A stretch of 63,971 nucleotides of DNA, filler included, from Octopus bimaculoides (taxonomy: Eukaryota): NCBI RefSeq assembly GCF_001194135.2. It is 6 parts of 6 records of this genome, joined end to end, with 100 filler letters (N's around TTAATTAATTAA, not from the genome) between each part and the next. Parts side by side here need not be neighbours in the genome. Positions count along the whole stretch, not along the records: positions 45,361 to 55,795 come from NC_068990.1; positions 55,896 to 59,227 come from NC_068999.1; positions 59,328 to 62,763 come from NW_026314174.1; positions 62,864 to 63,971 come from NC_069005.1; 2 more parts are not named here. One strand, 5' to 3'. Shown piece after piece: positions 51,296 to 63,971 of the stretch. The first letter of the stretch is position 1. Each line of letters begins with the position of its first letter. The notes under the pieces were generated by a model. It was given only the letters and a program-made list of their open reading frames with translations. It had not been told where the DNA came from and did not search any database. A program made the position numbers and the translations under genes.

Positions 51296-53311
51296 CTATA
51301 ATCTTTGACAAATCTTCAGTGTTTTATGCTCACTTTTCCATGCTGGCATGTGTTGGACAGTATATCAGAGGCAGTATTTATGGCCAGATACCCTACAGTT
51401 ACCATTGAATTTGGTTGCCTCTTACAACATGCAAGGACACAGGGTACCTATACTGAAACTGGGATACAAATGACAAAATGTAAACCAAATTTCTTGCATC
51501 AAAATACTTAAGAAACTCCTTTGCAACCTCATAAATATGGATCAAAACTTAGATTTAAGAGAATGTGATAATCAGTGCCAGGTTTAAATTATTGTTGTAC
51601 AATTTGGTGGGAGATAGAAATGTTAAATGTTTTTTTTTTCACCAGAAATTCTGCTGGAGGTGTACAGAGCAGTTGACTAAAGTAAGCATTTTCTTACATT
51701 TGTAGCTTAGACCAGTAGAGTCACACAGAGTTCTTGTTTCTGAACAAAATATTTTTCAACTCTTTCCAATGTAACATTAGTTGTAATCCACCTCTTCTTG
51801 TTGGGACAGGAAATTACTAGAGAAATCACTAGAAACTGTATCATATCTTTGAAGGCCTGAGGCATATACTTTTTGCTGATGTTCATTTACTGACACTTAC
51901 ATGTTTCTAAAGCATTTGCAGAGCTGAGAATAGTGATGCAGTCTTTTTATGCTTTTATAATCTGTAGGTAATTCTTCATCTTCACTTATCAGAATTCTTC
52001 ATGGAATACATATCCAATATAAGGCAAACTCATGTGTATTGTAGAACTGCTCAAGATTTAGTTTCCATTAGAAATTAACTCAACAAACTTGTCAAGGAAT
52101 GCAGCCATTGGTTCCATATCTGTCAAATATTTTTCATCATGAAGCAATATTTTCAGGAATGGTACTGCTTGAAACATTGAAGCCAACTTTCACTATAATC
52201 ACACTTAATTCTTTGTGAAAAACATTTTAGCTTCTCCTTCTCCTGAGCCCAAATAACTGAATTCCTTTGCTTATGCAAATCTTAAAACACATTATCAACA
52301 CTTCATCCAGTTCCGAGCCTTTCCTGGCTTACATTGTTTCTTTTCTTATCTTTTGTCTCTTTCCTGTTTCATTCATTAGACTGTGGCCATGCTGAGGCAC
52401 CACTGTGAAGAACTGAATTTCTAGTCAAATGAATCGACCCTTGTACTTATTTTTTTAAAAGCCTTGTACTTATTCTATCAGTCTATTTTGCCAAACAGCT
52501 AAGTTACAGGACTGTAAACACATCAACGCTGGTAGTCAAGCAGTTGTGGGAACAAACACAGGCACACACACACACACACACATGCACGCACATGCACACA
52601 CACACACACACACACAAACTTCTGTCAGATTCCATTTATCATATCCACTCATAAGGTTGTAGTCAGCCTGGGGCTATAGTAGAAGACATTTGCCCAAGGA
52701 GCTATGCAGTAGTACTAAACCCAAAACCATGTGATTTGGAAGCAAGCTTCTTACCACACGCCTACAGAAAATATGGAATACTTCACAACTTTTTTTACAT
52801 ACTTATATATTTATTTATTCAATTCACTGTCAGAAAAGAAGTGGAGTAAATTTTCTTTCTGTTCCTTTATGTCACACACTGTCAAAGAACTAATGTTGCA
52901 TAATTCTCACAAGCATCTCGCAGACACACTGCTGTTGAGTTGTTTTAGAAATCCAACATTATTTGTTATTATCTGTCGGACAATGTGTAGTATTTGTGCT
53001 TTACATCATAAGAAGCTCTTCCATTATGCATTGAAGCCATGTCAAGGGTTAGATGTGATTCTGGTTCTAATAACAAATGCAGGAAAATGAGTTGGAATAA
53101 CTTACTGGTGTTCATGAGTCTGTGAACGGAAATGGAAATTAAGTCCATGACATGTTTTTATCTTTTGTCTTTAATTTTTTATCTTTTACTTGTTTCGCTC
53201 TTTAGATTGTGGCCATGCTGGGGCGTTGGCTGGAAGGGTTTAGTCTTAACTTATTTTTTAAGCCTGGTTCTTATACTATAGGTTTTTTTACTGAAGTTAT
53301 GGAGACACACG

Positions 53312-53347
<36 letters not shown>

Positions 53348-53749
53348 CACACATGCACACATGCATACATGTGACAAGGTTCTTTCAGTGTTTGTCAACC
53401 AAATCCACACACAATCAACCCGAGGCTATAGTCAAAGACACTGGCTTTAAAAAGAATGTGCAGTGGTCAATTTGTTTGGCTAAAATTCTTCAAGGTGGTG
53501 CCCCAGCATGGCCACAGTCTAATGACTGAAATGAATAAACGATAAAAGATAAAAAGAAAAGATGTGCATTTATTATGAGAGATCCTCAGTTATAGTGAGA
53601 GTTACCATAATCTGGTAGAGATTACAGGATCCAATGTGGAAAGAGGTTAGCAGAGTAAAGGGTGGGTTTGGAGGTGAGAACATGTTCAAGAATGTTCAAG
53701 AATGTTTGGTAAAGTTAGTGAGTTGGTCAGGTATATGGTTAGTAGGCTT

Positions 53750-54110
53750 AGATTAAAAGATTAAGTAGTGCTGACTGAACTATAAAAGGTACTTTTATAC
53801 AGTTGTATGATCTGCTCATAGGATTTGGCACCTCTGTTGGAGCAGCTGTACCAGGTAGGGAGTCTTGTGCTTGCATTTCTCAGGTGTTGGGGTTGATCTC
53901 AAACTTCTTCAGTGAGACTTAGAGTGTACCCTTGAAGTGCTTTTTCTGTCCACCTTGTGTTTGCTCACCTTCTGCTAGTTCACTGTAAAACACTCTCTTA
54001 GGGAATTGTGTGTCAGGAATTAAAACAAGGTGGACAGCATACCTGATTTGCACCGTCCTCAGAGAGAAGCCCATAGAAAATGTGAACTGAGCATGTGGAG
54101 AGCCAACTCC
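53750..54110 (-). mobile_element. BovB-like RTE 3' fragment (old)
   Basis: AVHLVLIPDTQFPKRVFYSELAEGEQTQGGQKKHFKGTL. Confidence 0.7.
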
Positions 54111-54321
54111 TTGCTTTCAGTCCCAGCAGCCCACCAGAGCTCAACCTGCGGCAGAACCTTCTGAGCATGCTTCGGACTGATTAACCACAGACTGTGACCC
54201 ATCTTCTCCCATGAGTCCTCAGTCATTGTCAACCACAACAGATGAACTAATGATTTTCTAGAAATAATTTTAAAAATTCAAACACTTCGTCATGAACTAC
54301 TTTGTTCCACAAACACCTTAA

Positions 54322-54543
54322 CCCTTTCGTTACTGTATTTATTTTGAGATGTTCTGTGTTTCTTTCAATTCATTTTAAATATAACAAAGAAATTAGTAAA
54401 ATAACTTAGTTATCATTAAGCTAGTGTTAGGAACATAAATTAGGACTAAGGTTTGGTAGAAGATTTTGATTCAGAACTTATGAAAACAAGACATTTGTAC
54501 TACAGGGCCAGAGCTGGTTTCAACCAGTCTGGTATCGAAAGGG
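54322..54543. mobile_element. piggyBac-derived MITE, 222 bp
   Basis: TTAA-CCCTTTCGTTAC...GTATCGAAAGGG-TTAA. The left TIR is identical to the piggyBac end at 17879. Confidence 0.92.
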
Positions 54544-55127
54544 TTAATGGGGCTTTGGTTAACAATCAAAGGCTTACTCATCACATAGTGTATTAAATGC
54601 AAGTTAGCCTAATGGAGACCCTTTCATTTCTGGTGATTATTGATTAAACATGGAAAATCACTGATATCTTTTATCGTTTATTTACTTGGTATAATCATTA
54701 GACTGTGGCCACGCTGGGGCAGCACTACCTTGAAGGATTTTAGTTGAATGAATCAACCCCAGTACTTATTTCATTATTTTTTCTCTTTTTGTTTCAAACC
54801 TGGTATTTATTCTATCAGTTCTTTTGCTGAACTGCTAAGTTGCCAGTCCTCAGTCAAACTGTCCAACCCATGCCAGTATGGAAAGCAGACGTTAAATGAT
54901 GACAACAATGATGATGATGATGATTAATAACAGATGAAAATCATCCAGCAGTATCGGGGCGAATGCTAGATGTGCATTTCTGTCTCGTTTGGCTTAGTCA
55001 GTAGCATGTACTCACTGGTAGGCTAAGACAAAGTACATTGTCACTGATATGGGGAAAAAAATGACTGAAAAATCACTGATGATGCAATGAGCTGGCAGGC
55101 TGAATAAAAATTGTGATATGCAACAGA

Positions 55128-55352
55128 GTGAAGGTGCATGGATTATTGGTTAGAGTATCTGGCTTGCAATCATACAGTCATGAGTTCAATTCCTGGTTGT
55201 ATATTGTATCCTTGAGCAAGACACTTTATTTCACGTTATGCTAGTCCACTCAGTTGGCAGAACTGAGCAGTATCTGTATTTCAAAGGGTCAGCCTTATCA
55301 CATTCTATGTCATGCTGAATCTCCCAAAGAACTATGTTCAGGGTATGCATGT
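55128..55352 (+). mobile_element. Decayed tRNA-derived SINE abutting a mariner fragment
   Basis: GAGTTCAATTCCTGG B-box-like motif and TCCTTGAGCAAGACACTT central motif. Confidence 0.6.
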
Positions 55353-55696
55353 CACCGCTACAAAATTTCTTGAACCACCATTGTGCTGTACGTTCATTAG
55401 TGGTTCCTGGGCCAAACGCATCATTGATATCGTGAGCTGTTTCAGCAGCTTTTCGGCCTAGCTTGAACTGGAATAAGAAAATTGTGCGAATTTGCATTTT
55501 GTCCACGTTGTATTCAACGTTCTGGAAAAAAATAGCCTAATTATTCAAAAAGAAAAAGAGTAACATGATCAGATAGAGTGAAAAATGGGTTTTAAAATGA
55601 TATATAAAGTCTAAGTAATTTAACAAAAATTAATTTGAAAATGCATCATTTAAAACCAAAATTAAAAATTCCACAAGAACTTTCTTGACAACCTAA
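55352..55696 (-). mobile_element. Mariner 5' fragment with TIR
   Basis: MDKMQIRTIFLFQFKLGRKAAETAHDINDAFGPGTTNERTAQWWFKKFCSGD (Hsmar1/SETMAR-like HTH). The terminus reads TA-TTAGGTTGTCAAGAAAG on the minus strand. Confidence 0.9.
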
Positions 55697-55700
55697 TACC

Positions 55701-55741
<41 letters not shown>

Positions 55742-55758
55742 ATGTGTGTGTGTGTGTG

Positions 55759-55795
<37 letters not shown>

Positions 55796-56132
55796 NNNNN
55801 NNNNNNNNNNNNNNNNNNNNNNNNNNNNNNNNNNNNNNNTTAATTAATTAANNNNNNNNNNNNNNNNNNNNNNNNNNNNNNNNNNNNNNNNNNNNATATA
55901 TATATGATATATATCCAAATTCACAGGTAAAAATTCTATTAAATTCAATTTATCAAGAATTAAAATTAAATTAATTTCACAGTATATAATATATAAATAT
56001 ATAATTTAGAGAAAAGTTCATGAACTCATCCATGAAAATCCACAGTCACATATAGAAAAAGTAATAAGTAAATACACTAAAAAGAAGTATAATATAATAC
56101 AAAGTAAAAATCATAAAATAATAATAATAAAA

Positions 56133-56244
56133 CGACTACACGTGTTTCATAACCAAATTTTCAAATAGAAAATAAAATATAACCAAATCGATTAAATCAA
56201 TCGAAAGTCAATTCTATTCAAAAATATAGTTAATCTTCAGGTCA
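56133..56244 (-). ncRNA. Type I hammerhead ribozyme motif with an intact catalytic core
   Basis: The minus strand reads TGAC-CTGAAGA-[TTAAC..TTTTTGAATAGAA..TTCTATTTGAAAA..GTTAT]-GAA-ACACGTGT-A-GTCG: CUGAAGA/GAAA core, palindromic stem III, GUA cleavage triplet, 3-4 bp stem I, long stem II. Confidence 0.7.
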
Positions 56245-56344
56245 AAATACAACAATAATAATAATAAAATGAATGTACATATCAACTAATAATAAATAAC
56301 AAATGAATATATATGAAAATACTTATTATATCAAGATAGAAAAA

Positions 56345-57000
56345 TGAATAGCTGTCGTGTTTCTTTGTTGGCTGCAATCTTTTCACGTCGAATTCTTGAT
56401 CACAGAATCTCCAGACCGACATTCGACTACTGTCAGGAAATACAGCAAATCTGGACTCATCAGAGAATATGACAGTGTCCCAAAATGTTAATGGCCTCTC
56501 CATCATCTCACTAGTTCAGTCTTTTCTCCGCTTGATGTTGGCTGATCGAAGAAGTGGCTTCCTTCTTGCTGCTCTGCCATAGTAACCAAGTTTGTGGAGA
56601 TACCTGACAGCTGTTCTGGGACTGACATCAACTTGCTCTGCCATGTTAGAGGCCTTGCAACAAGGATCATCCTCCACACTTGGAGGATTCTGTCAGAGGG
56701 CGCTGGTTGATCTGGGCGAGGTGATGTGGATTCCTTCCCCCCTGTGGTGAATTGTGGGATCCCAAAGTATTCTGCAATTTTACGCTGATTATGTCCACCT
56801 TCAGATTGACCCACAATACGGTCTCTTTGAAATTCAGACAGTTCCAAGGCTTCTTTTGTACATGGCATAATTAAACAGTCACATATAGAACCTGAAACAT
56901 AAACACGTCAATTAATAAAAAAAAAAACATAGACCATTACAAATTACAATAAACATAAAACGATGTTTTATGGGGTGTCTATTTACTTCTGTCATGCCTG
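56345..57000 (-). mobile_element. Tc1-like element, 5' half with TIR
   Basis: The terminus reads TA-CAGGCATGACAGAAGTAAATAGACACCCC on the minus strand. ELSEFQRDRIVG...QRKIAEYFGIP HTH and FWDTVIFSDESRF. Confidence 0.88.
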
Positions 57001-57044
57001 TATATTTATCTATCTTTATGTGTGTGTGTGTGTATATATATGTT

Positions 57045-57077
<33 letters not shown>

Positions 57078-57300
57078 ATTCTTTAGTTCATTTACGTGAT
57101 TCAGTCATTTGACTGCGGCCATGCTGGGGCACCGCCTTGAAAGGTTTTTAGTTGAGTAAATCGCCCCCCAGGACTTAGTTTTTTTAAAGCCGACTACTCG
57201 TTCTACCGGGTCTATTTTGCCGAACCGCTAAGTTACGGAGACTTAAACACGCCAACAGCGCTTGTCAAACGGTGATAGGGGACAAACACAGGCACAAAGA

Positions 57301-57403
<103 letters not shown>

Positions 57404-57854
57404 GAAATAGAAAAAATAGAAAAAATAGAAAATAGAATTTAAATAACTGGATTAGCTTTCCAAAAGCAGTGATCCACTCTCATTCTAAAAAATCGAAGAT
57501 ACATCGGGTGGCATATCACCCTCACTTTCTCACATCACTAGCCCTTCCCTAACGATGACCAATTACAGAACCGTAGTAAACCCGGACACAGCTTAAATTG
57601 TAATCCAATTGTAACCATAGCATTTAATGAACGATTCCATTCTTTCTACGCACGATGTTTAACCAAAATAGTCTTCAATCTTTAATATAGACAATTTGTT
57701 CTTTATTCACCAGCATTTTCGCTTTTCACTTTCTTTCTTCCGTTAGCACAGTTATAGCCTTAACTTTTCCTGTCTCTGTAACTCCTCTTTCAAATTCTTC
57801 CTCTTCCCTCCTCTCTTTTATCTTTGTCGAGCTCCGGTATTTCTTTAATTAGTA

Positions 57855-58295
57855 CGAGGTGGTATCAAAAAAAAGTTCCCGGACGAGTTATGTTTAATAT
57901 AAAAATAACTTATTTACCTAAGTTTTAACATCACTTCCTTCCAAATAAATATCTTGCGCAGCAATTCACCGGTTCCAGCGTTCCTGCAGCTTTTGGAATC
58001 CGGTCTGGAGGTCGTTTTCCGTAAGTGAATCGAGGACCTGCGATTCGCTCTGGGTCTTGAACACGGTGTTAAAGCGGGGACCTTTGAGCTGAATTTTCAT
58101 CTTGGGGAAGAGATGGAAGTTCGTAGGGGCTAAATCTAGCGAATAGGGTGGGTACGGAAGCGATACCAAGTTGTTTTGGACGAGAAACTCACAAGTGAGG
58201 AGACTTCGGTGGCAGGGTGCATTGTCATTGTGAAGAATCGAATTCTTTGCGCTCCACACGGTCTGCACGGGCTGATGAATTTTCTTCACATTTCA
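57855..58295 (-). mobile_element. Mariner 3' fragment with TIR
   Basis: TA-CGAGGTGGTATCAAAAAAAAGTTCCCGGAC terminus; ILHNDNAPCH...YPPYSLDLAPTNFHLFPKMK. Confidence 0.9.
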
Positions 58296-58330
58296 GGGAA
58301 TAACGCTCGTGTCAGGTTTTCAGATATATT

Positions 58331-58394
<64 letters not shown>

Positions 58395-58629
58395 ACTATC
58401 TATCTATTTATCTATCTACCTACCTACCTACCTACCTACCTACCTACCTAATTATGTATCTAGCCTTCTATCTGTCTGTCATGGCATCAATCTATCAGTC
58501 AATCAATCAATCAAGTAAGCAATCAATCTATCTATCGATCCATCTATTTATCTTTGTTGTTATCTAACGATCGCTCGATTTATCTATCTATTTATCTGTC
58601 TTTCAATCTACATATCTATCGATCGATCG

Positions 58630-58683
<54 letters not shown>

Positions 58684-58825
58684 TTAATATAACTATGTAC
58701 AATAACTCACTAACACAGTGACTAGTTTTTTCCTCCTTCCTGTTTCCCTGTTTGTGTGGATATGGGTCAATTTCTGTGTGAGATATATATATATGCTTGT
58801 ATTGTTTCCGCTTATTAAATTATCT

Positions 58826-58863
<38 letters not shown>

Positions 58864-58977
58864 NNNNNNNNNNATGTATATATCTTTCTGTATATGTATA
58901 TGTGTATGTGTGCATGTGTGTCTGTGTATATATATATATATATGCATGTATACATGTATGTGTATAAATGTATATGT

Positions 58978-59008
<31 letters not shown>

Positions 59009-59214
59009 TGGATACATACATATGTTTGGACCCATGTGTTGCATACATATATACATGCATATACATACATACACACAATAAATGTATGTATGCGTATATG
59101 TGTGCCTGTGGATGTGAGTGTCTAATGTGTGTATGTAGCTAAGTATCATGTATTCAGGTATCATATGTATATATCATGAATGCATGTATATGGATCTGGG
59201 TGTGCGTATATATA

Positions 59215-59227
59215 AGATCGGAAGAGC
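59215..59227 (+). other. Illumina adapter read-through (AGATCGGAAGAGC) at a contig end
   Basis: Exact 13-mer immediately before an N gap. Confidence 0.92.
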
Positions 59228-59510
59228 NNNNNNNNNNNNNNNNNNNNNNNNNNNNNNNNNNNNNNNNNNNNTTAATTAATTAANNNNNNNNNNNNNNNNN
59301 NNNNNNNNNNNNNNNNNNNNNNNNNNNACCTGCGAGGTCATGCGCTGTTTATCTTGATATGAGATCACCATGGCGCACACATATGGTTGTGATGCATGTG
59401 CCTGGTGTACTCTTATCAGACGGGTAGTCATGATGGGTATAATGGGCTTCGTATATTTTACCCCAGTGTCACTTTGATAGCATGCACTGCTCTCTCACTC
59501 AATAATAATG

Positions 59511-59593
<83 letters not shown>

Positions 59594-59596
<3 letters not shown>

Positions 59597-59952
59597 GATC
59601 TTGAAATAGAAATGTGGAACCTCAAGACTAAAACAATACCTGTTGTCATACGAACCCGACGAATGATAGCAAAATGGACTGATTGCTACCTAGCTCAGAT
59701 TCCAGAAAACCCCAAAATGGCAGAAATTCAAAAGATAGTGCTCATGGGAACTGTTCATATCCTATGTAAATTATTGTATATGTAATCTCAAATTTTAAAA
59801 CAATTTTTAAACATTCTCTAGAACAATACTATGTAGAAAACCAACTATATATGACACCCTAGGCATAACACTAACATGAACTTCTAACTTGTTGCCTCTT
59901 GAGGTCTCTGGGTGAGACTTGGATCCAACTTGTACAAATGCAAAACAAAAGT
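59594..59952 (+). mobile_element. 5'-truncated 3' fragment of the same R4/Dong-like LINE family as 11402-14843
   Basis: KDLEIEMWNLKTKTIPVVI...AEIQKIVLMGTVHIL plus a 3' UTR matching 11410-11800 in reverse; embedded in (TAA)n/(GAT)n. Confidence 0.9.
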
Positions 59953-59973
59953 ATGATGATGATGATGATGATG

Positions 59974-60052
<79 letters not shown>

Positions 60053-60063
60053 CAACAACAATA

Positions 60064-60097
<34 letters not shown>

Positions 60098-60284
60098 CGA
60101 CGACGACAATAAAAATAATAACAATAATAATAATAATAGAAATAACGGAAGGAAATGAGAAAATAGAAAGAAGAAACATGAAACGGCGGCGGTGACGCCG
60201 ACGACAAAAAGAAGAAGAAGAAGGAGGAGGAGGAGGGGGGGAGGACGAGAAGAAGAAGAAGAAGAAGAAGAAGAAGAAGGGCCT

Positions 60285-60760
60285 ATGGATAACTTCCAGG
60301 AATCCCTGGTCTGACAATGCTACCGGGAATTTCTGCCGGTTAGAGACATGCACTGCAGATGCGGAAGTGCTGTCAGGCGGACTTGTCCGAAAAGTGCGCA
60401 GGGCGACGAACCCATCCAGCATGCACTTGTCCAGTGTCCGGGTATTACTGACTTGTGGTGCTTTGTCGAGCAGCTGTTGACGCGTGTAGGACAGATCCGA
60501 TTATCAGTCAAGTTTATCTAGAAGATTGTGCTCCCACCTTGTTTTGGTCGGGAAAGGGAGACAATTTTCTTCTGCCTGTTGGCTGTGTCGAAGGCGGCAG
60601 AGTAGTGCTACGAAACTGAAAGGTCTAAAGACAGATACTTTCTTCTTCGGCCGAGCCCTCATCGGCCTTTTCAAGTTCCACTTGAAAAGGTAAGTGAGAG
60701 TGGAGAGAGAAGTACCCACCCCGCCAGCATGTGAGTGAATGTGACGAAGACGCCCCTTGT
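60285..60760 (+). mobile_element. L1/Tx1 3' fragment related to 17330-17760
   Basis: For example CATGCACTTGTCCAGTGTCC...TTGTGG...GAGCAGCTGTTG aligns with 17440-17505. Confidence 0.65.
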
Positions 60761-61747
60761 TCTCGATTTAGAACTTTTATAGAATGTTGTTTTTTCTTTC
60801 GCAGTTGATTCTTTTTAAATACAAAAACAAGATAGTATTTTGAAGTTTTAATTTGCGTAGATGTCTAGATGTTCACTACATGGCATACTACTTAGATATA
60901 CATCTTTGATTTGCTGCCTATGTGCCCTAAAGTCTTTCTAAATATGCGCATACACATGCATGCAAATACGCAGACACACACGCACACGCACACGCATGCA
61001 CGTGCACACACATGAACAAAAGCACACATTCATATATTTAATTCGTACGTTGGTATATGTCTGACAAATCCTTCATACATGTTATGAACGATATGGTAGT
61101 TTTCTTTGGAGAAACTCAGACTGAGTTTTTTCTTTATGTTAAAATTTCAAGTCAGTTATTTTCAGGCGAGTAGATCGCAATGGCATGAAACTCTCAGGTT
61201 TAGTTTCAATAATACATACTCAAACATACACACACAAACACATACATACACGCACCAACACGTACACCCACGTGTATGTATATATGACACAGCATGATAC
61301 TTTACCTTTATTCTTTTATATGTTTCAGCCGTAAGGCTGTGACCATTCTGGAGCATTGACAGTGGCAATAAAAGTATATTCGCACTACTTGTTTATAATG
61401 ACTAATGATAGTAAATGAGCAGCGTCGAAATTAATGGAAAGATTAATTCCAATGGGTCTTATACATGCAAACATACATCATTACATATTCACATACACAT
61501 ATATTACATATATGCATATATGCATATATTAGATATTTGTATATATTACATATAATTCATATATTAATGCATTGTGCGGGTGTGTGTGTATATGTGTAGG
61601 TGAGTGTGAGTGTGTGTGTGTGTGTGTGTGTACATGAGTGTTCTGCATAGTGTGAACAACGGCATTGCGAAAAAGTACTAGCTACAATGAAAGGGTAATC
61701 ACAGTTGGCAATAAAAGTATATACGTTCTACTTGTTTATAATGAGTA

Positions 61748-61801
<54 letters not shown>

Positions 61802-62139
61802 TGTGTGTGTGTTTGTATACAAATTTATATGAGAAAAACCGCTCATATATCATCGACACGTGATGTCATCAGACATGTTTGACGTCATTGGTGCTCATCT
61901 GTTGTATCTTGTGTAAACTCAGACAATTAAGACCATAAATGTACGAAAGCTTTAGTGCTTCACTTTTTATTTCTCATACTGACCTACTTACCAACATGTG
62001 TGTCTTCTTTGTGACCTTGTATTTTATGTGGAGTAGATTCAATATAGAAGATACATCCCTCAGTTTTTATCAGACTATATAGCTATCTTTCTACCTCGCA
62101 GTTCAATCTATTTGTCTGTCAGTCTGTCTATATGTTTGC

Positions 62140-62206
<67 letters not shown>

Positions 62207-62215
62207 CCTACCTAC

Positions 62216-62262
<47 letters not shown>

Positions 62263-62429
62263 GCTATCTATCTATCTATAAATATAGTGCCCCAGCATGG
62301 CTGTGTGGTAACTAGCTTGCTTACCAGTCACGTGGTTCCGGATTCAGTCCCACTGCGTGGCACCTTGGGCAAGTGTCTTCTACTATAGCCTCGGGCCGAC
62401 CAAAGCCGAGGGGTACATCGTACGGTAAG

Positions 62430-62763
62430 TATTCAACTGTGATGAAACTGGCCTTTTTGGAGAAAAAAAAAGCCCAGTAGAACCTACATAACAGCAGAGG
62501 AGAAAAAAATGCCAGGCTACATACCTATGAAAGATAGGCTAAGCGTCACCCTGTGTGCCAATGCGAGTGGAGACTTGAAGATTAAGCCGCTCCTTGTCCA
62601 CCATTCCAAAAACCCACGAGCGTTCAAGTTGCACAAAATCCTGAAGGAGAAGCTGCAGGTCATGTGGAGGGTAAACGTTAAAGCCTGGGTAACCAGACAA
62701 TTCTTCACCGAGGGGGTCAACCTTGTCTTCGGACCAGCAGTGAAAAAGTACCTTCTGGAGAAC
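62430..62763 (+). mobile_element. Tigger/pogo DDE-domain fragment, cut by a gap
   Basis: VFNCDETGLF...MPGYIPMKDRLSVTLCANASGDLKIKPLLVHHSKNPRAFK. Confidence 0.9.
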
Positions 62764-62863
62764 NNNNNNNNNNNNNNNNNNNNNNNNNNNNNNNNNNNNN
62801 NNNNNNNTTAATTAATTAANNNNNNNNNNNNNNNNNNNNNNNNNNNNNNNNNNNNNNNNNNNN

Positions 62864-63971
62864 GATCGTTCGTTCGATCGTTCGTTTTACGTCCGTACGT
62901 ACATACGTACGTACGATTGTTCGTGCGTGCGTAAGTACGTTCGTTCTTTCGTTCGTTCCTTCGATCGTTCGGTCGTTCGATCGTTCGTTCATTCGTACAT
63001 ATGTACGTACGTACATACGTTCGTTCGTTCGTCCGTTCGTTCGTCCGTTCGTTCGGACGTACGATTGTTCCTTAATACTTTCGTTCGTTCTTTCGTTCGT
63101 CTGTTCGTTCGAACGTAAGTTCGTTCGTTCGTACGTATTTACGTACGTATGTACGTTCGTTTTTACTTTATTTCATTCTTTAGATCGTTTGTTCTTTCTT
63201 TAGTTCGTACGTACGCACGTACGTTCGTTCGTTCGTATTTACGTACGTTCGAAGTAACAAAAGAACGAGCAAAAGTACGTAAGTACGTACGAACGAACGA
63301 ACTAACGAACGATCGATCGGACGCACGAACGAAAGAATATATATATATATATACATATATATCAATAAATAAATATATATTATAAATAAATAAACAAATA
63401 TATATATATAAATAAATAAAAACGAANNNNNNNNNNCTTTCGTTAATTTGTTCGTTCGTACGTCCGTTCGTTCGATCGTTCGTTTGAACGTCCGTACGTA
63501 CGATTGTTCGTGCGTACGTACGTACGTTCGTTCGTTCATTCATTCGTACATACGTACGTACGTTCGTTAGTTCGTCCATTCGTTCGTACGTACGATTGTT
63601 CATTCGTTTGTTCATTCTTTCGTTCGTTCGTTCGTAGGTAGGTACGTATGTACGTTCGTTTGTTCATTCGTTCGTACGTACTTATCTACGTACGTACGTT
63701 CGTTTGTTATTTCGTACGTACGCATGTACGTAGGTACACACGTTGGTACGCAGGTACGTATTACATACGCATGTCGTACGTACGTTCGTTTGGTTGTACG
63801 TATGTATGTACGTAGCTTCGTTAGTTCTTTCGTTCTTTCGTTAATTTGTTCGTTCGTACGTCCGTTCGTTCGTTCGATCGTTCGTTTGCACGTCCGTACG
63901 TACATACGTACGTACGATTGTTCGTGCGTACGTACGTACGTACGTTCGTTCGTACATTCGTACATACGTAC
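62864..63971. repeat. CpG-phased tetranucleotide satellite (TTCG/TACG/ATCG/TCCG) with higher-order repeats
   Basis: Mixed NNCG 4-mers. A ~130-bp block recurs at about 62864, 63438 and 63835. Confidence 0.9.

Noticed and set aside
51480-52270. Possible hAT transposase remnant on the minus strand
   Set aside because: Only vague similarity across many stops; no diagnostic motif or TIR found.
59396-60422. Poly-N/D/I/L/S/H ORFs (also 34056-35019, 45419-45719)
   Set aside because: Trinucleotide and dinucleotide microsatellites, open in several frames.

Overview
AT-rich, repeat-dominated animal genomic scaffold with many N gaps. The SINE/LINE/microsatellite repertoire points to an octopus-type cephalopod (my inference). 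The only host coding sequence I can firmly recognise is one 111-bp exon (8352-8462, +) encoding the first half of a Scribble-type third PDZ domain, so much of the window is probably intron. The rest is decayed transposable elements: Penelope-like elements with hammerhead-ribozyme motifs, R4/Dong-type RLE LINEs, RTE and BovB-like LINEs, an L1/Tx1 LINE, mariner/Tc1/maT/Tigger, piggyBac plus a MITE, a hAT MITE and tRNA-derived SINEs. Simple repeats generate most of the ORFs in the track. I found no clear novel multi-gene system. The best leads are: hammerhead motifs (one with an intact core), two deletion-plus-templated-insertion scars, a block-wise CpG-decay mosaic that switches at assembly gaps, (TAA)n-targeted LINE insertions, a PHD-like finger inside an RTE ORF, (AT)n fold-back palindromes and a candidate small signal-peptide gene. 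Assembly artefacts (gap linkers, an Illumina adapter) are also present. TE boundaries are approximate unless TIRs/TSDs are quoted, and all analysis was done by eye.
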